Source: Octopus bimaculoides
Taxonomy: Eukaryota
NCBI RefSeq assembly: GCF_001194135.2
Contig: NC_068990.1
Location: forward strand, 60,314,287 to 60,378,286
Direction: 5' to 3'
Length of the DNA stretch: 64,000 bases
Each line of letters starts with the position of its first letter. Positions within the stretch are counted from its first letter, which is position 1. Made by a program: the position numbers and the translations under genes. Shown here one piece after another: positions 61,931 through 64,000 of the stretch. The notes below the pieces were generated by a model that ran no database searches, was not told where the DNA came from, and saw only the letters and a list, made by a program, of their open reading frames with translations.

Positions 61931-62639
61931 ATATATGGAACTGACTACATCAAATTTATTTATATATATATANNNNNNNNNNNNNNNNNNNNNNNNNNNN
62001 NNNNNNNNNNNNNNNNNNNNNNNNNNNNNNNNNNNNNNNNNNNNNNNNNNNNNNNNNNNNNNNNNNNNNNNNNNNNNNNNNNNNNNNNNNNNNNNNNNNN
62101 NNNNNNNNNNNNNNNNNNNNNNNNNNNNNNNNNNNNNNNNNNNNNNNNNNNNNNNNNNNNNNNNNNNNNNNNNNNNNNNNNNNNNNNNNNNNNNNNNNNN
62201 NAAATGGAGTTAAACACAGATGTTATTCAAATCTTTATACTTCTGACATATGTTTCGAAGCAAACATTGGTATTATTCCAGAGGAAATAAAAGGATGTAA
62301 AACAATGTGATCTTCTCATCAGGGAAAAAAAGAGAAACAAAACACATTAATAAGGCATTTTAACTGAATGTGATTATGCTGGCAAGTTATTAAAAAAAAA
62401 ACAGTTGATAGATTTAACGTCAAATGCAATTTAGAGAAAGAGAAGGAGGAGAAAGAAAGAAAGAAATTAGCAGAAAACCAAGAGTGGAGAAATGTAGTGC
62501 GATAGATGAATGGGAATAAAGCTCAAAGGCGTGGAAATAGATATATTTAGTGGAAATGAAATATAAGAAGACAGTTAAAGGTCGAATTTTATAGAATGGT
62601 AGAAATTACTTATATAATGATTCATATTTCCCATACCAT

Positions 62640-64000
62640 AAACCCTCAACTAATTTAAAATATATTAGCGCTTTCAGTAATCATTCAATGGCTATTACAA
62701 GGAATTTAGTTAGAAATATTTCACTTTGGCTTTCTAGATTATTTGCCAATGTTGATATCTTCAATGATAAAGCCAAATTTTATAACTCTGCTTTACCTAA
62801 AGCAGACTATAAAGAAAAAATTACGTATATTAACCTTATTGACATTAATTCTATCTCTATTAATCAGGCCATGAAATCACATCATAATGGTAACAACACT
62901 AAATCGAAAAATGTAATTTTGCAGCATAAGGGAGATAACTGTTCTTTAAGACCCTTTTTTTAGTTATAAAAGTATATCTAGGACTTTTAACAATAATTAC
63001 CCTAATAACTGGGTATGTCCTAGTAAATCTGTTTGGTTGATAATTTCATATGGTAAGCAGATCAAATCCAACCTCCCTTAGCAGTTTCAGAAAGCTATAG
63101 ACAACAATTTCCTAAAAAATTCAAGATACTATTCTATTATCAATTCACACCAAATCAGAATAGGGTTTTCACACACCAAAAACCTTTCACAAATCATCTC
63201 TTTGCATAACAATAAGTTGTTAAATACAAATCCACTTAATGAAAATAATAACATTGATATTATTAACAACAATATTAGTATTTCTGATATAAATTCCAAT
63301 CACATTCGTTTACTTAGCAGTAATTCTAAGACTAGAAACTCTGTTTATCAATGTAAAATTACTTCTGGTTCTGATGTCTTTTTTTACATAAGTAGTTCTT
63401 CATCTCAATTGTCCAAAAGAATATCTAACCATTATTCTACAATTAGACATATCAATAAATGCAACAGTACTGGGCTTAGTAAATTAATTTGGTCTCTAAA
63501 GGAACATAATGAACAATTTGGTTTGGAATGGAATATTCTATCTAGATCCCTTCCATATGATAAAGGTAAATTTTCTTGTCCGCTCTGTAACGAAGAACTC
63601 TATCTCATCCTGTTCTCAGAGAATTCTCTTATAAACACGTTTAAAGAATGCGTTTATTGTTGCATACATTGGCAAAAGCATACTTTTAGTTCCTATAAGC
63701 AATTTCGGATCTTTTTTAAAACGGGGCCACATTTTTCATTAATGTTTTACGTAGTGTTTTTGGTACCGAAAGACTTTCAAACTTCGTATACTTATCTATT
63801 TTGTGTTATAGAACAGAAAAATATTTTTGTATTCGAATTTATTTCATGTAAAAAATTGTCTTATTTCGATAATTTCAACCAATCACTGACAAGTATTCAG
63901 TTGTTTACATTTACTCCTTTGGCTGATTAAGCCATAGCTTCGTTTTATTTGCTTTTTTCATTTTAAATTTGCTTTTTCATTTTCTTTTTTTTCTTCGTTT
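62640..64000 (+). mobile_element. Penelope-like element 3' part (RT thumb remnant plus GIY-YIG ORF 63202-63930)
   Basis: YNSAL..Y thumb region, IDNNF, IISLHNNKLL, SVYQCKI..FYISS...RISNH, LSKLIWSLK, W.IL...PYD...CPLCNEE, CCIHWQKH. Confidence 0.85.

Larger units (their letters stand above)
937..62201. other. Twelve assembly gaps: 937-1241, 8879-~9762, 15998-16039, 17059-17277, 24286-24865, 29000-29361, 43780-43956, 44380-44742, 45812-46568, 53531-53648, 58952-59680, 61973-62201
   Basis: N runs, most bordered by (TA)n. Confidence 0.98.

Noticed and set aside
762-62217. Long ORFs in the track composed mostly of X
   Set aside because: They are artefacts of reading through N gaps and flanking (TA)n.
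63880-63945. Expected hammerhead at the 3' end of the PLE
   Set aside because: Only CUGACAA and CUGAUUA-like words without GAAA are present; not supportable.

Overview
This is AT-rich animal genomic DNA from a gapped scaffold: 12 N-runs, most flanked by (TA)n. The SINE families and microsatellite load look like an octopus (coleoid cephalopod) genome; this is inference, not a database hit. I found no intact protein-coding gene, tRNA, rRNA or CRISPR array. Most of the window is tRNA-headed SINEs (CORE-type, Deu/Nin-type and others), LINE remnants (RTE and R4/Dong), Penelope-like elements (PLEs), a hAT transposase fossil, and piggyBac-, mariner- and hAT-type MITEs. Between the repeats on the minus strand (about 3.5-42.6 kb) lie exon-like segments. 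Their translations are collinear with my recollection of RGS22/RGSL1-type multi-RGS-domain proteins but carry stops and frameshifts, so they are probably an unprocessed pseudogene. One exon is split by an RTE insertion with a 13-bp target-site duplication, and removing the insertion restores the frame. Other highlights are two hammerhead-like cores in PLE-type repeats (28.3 and 28.7 kb), a shuffled templated insertion inside a SINE, a perfect 28-bp foldback in a SINE tail, an RTE with an in-frame internal deletion and a duplicated structured leader, and a CpG-rich young element. All protein-family assignments are by-eye motif recognition and need HMM/BLAST confirmation. Repeat boundaries are approximate.
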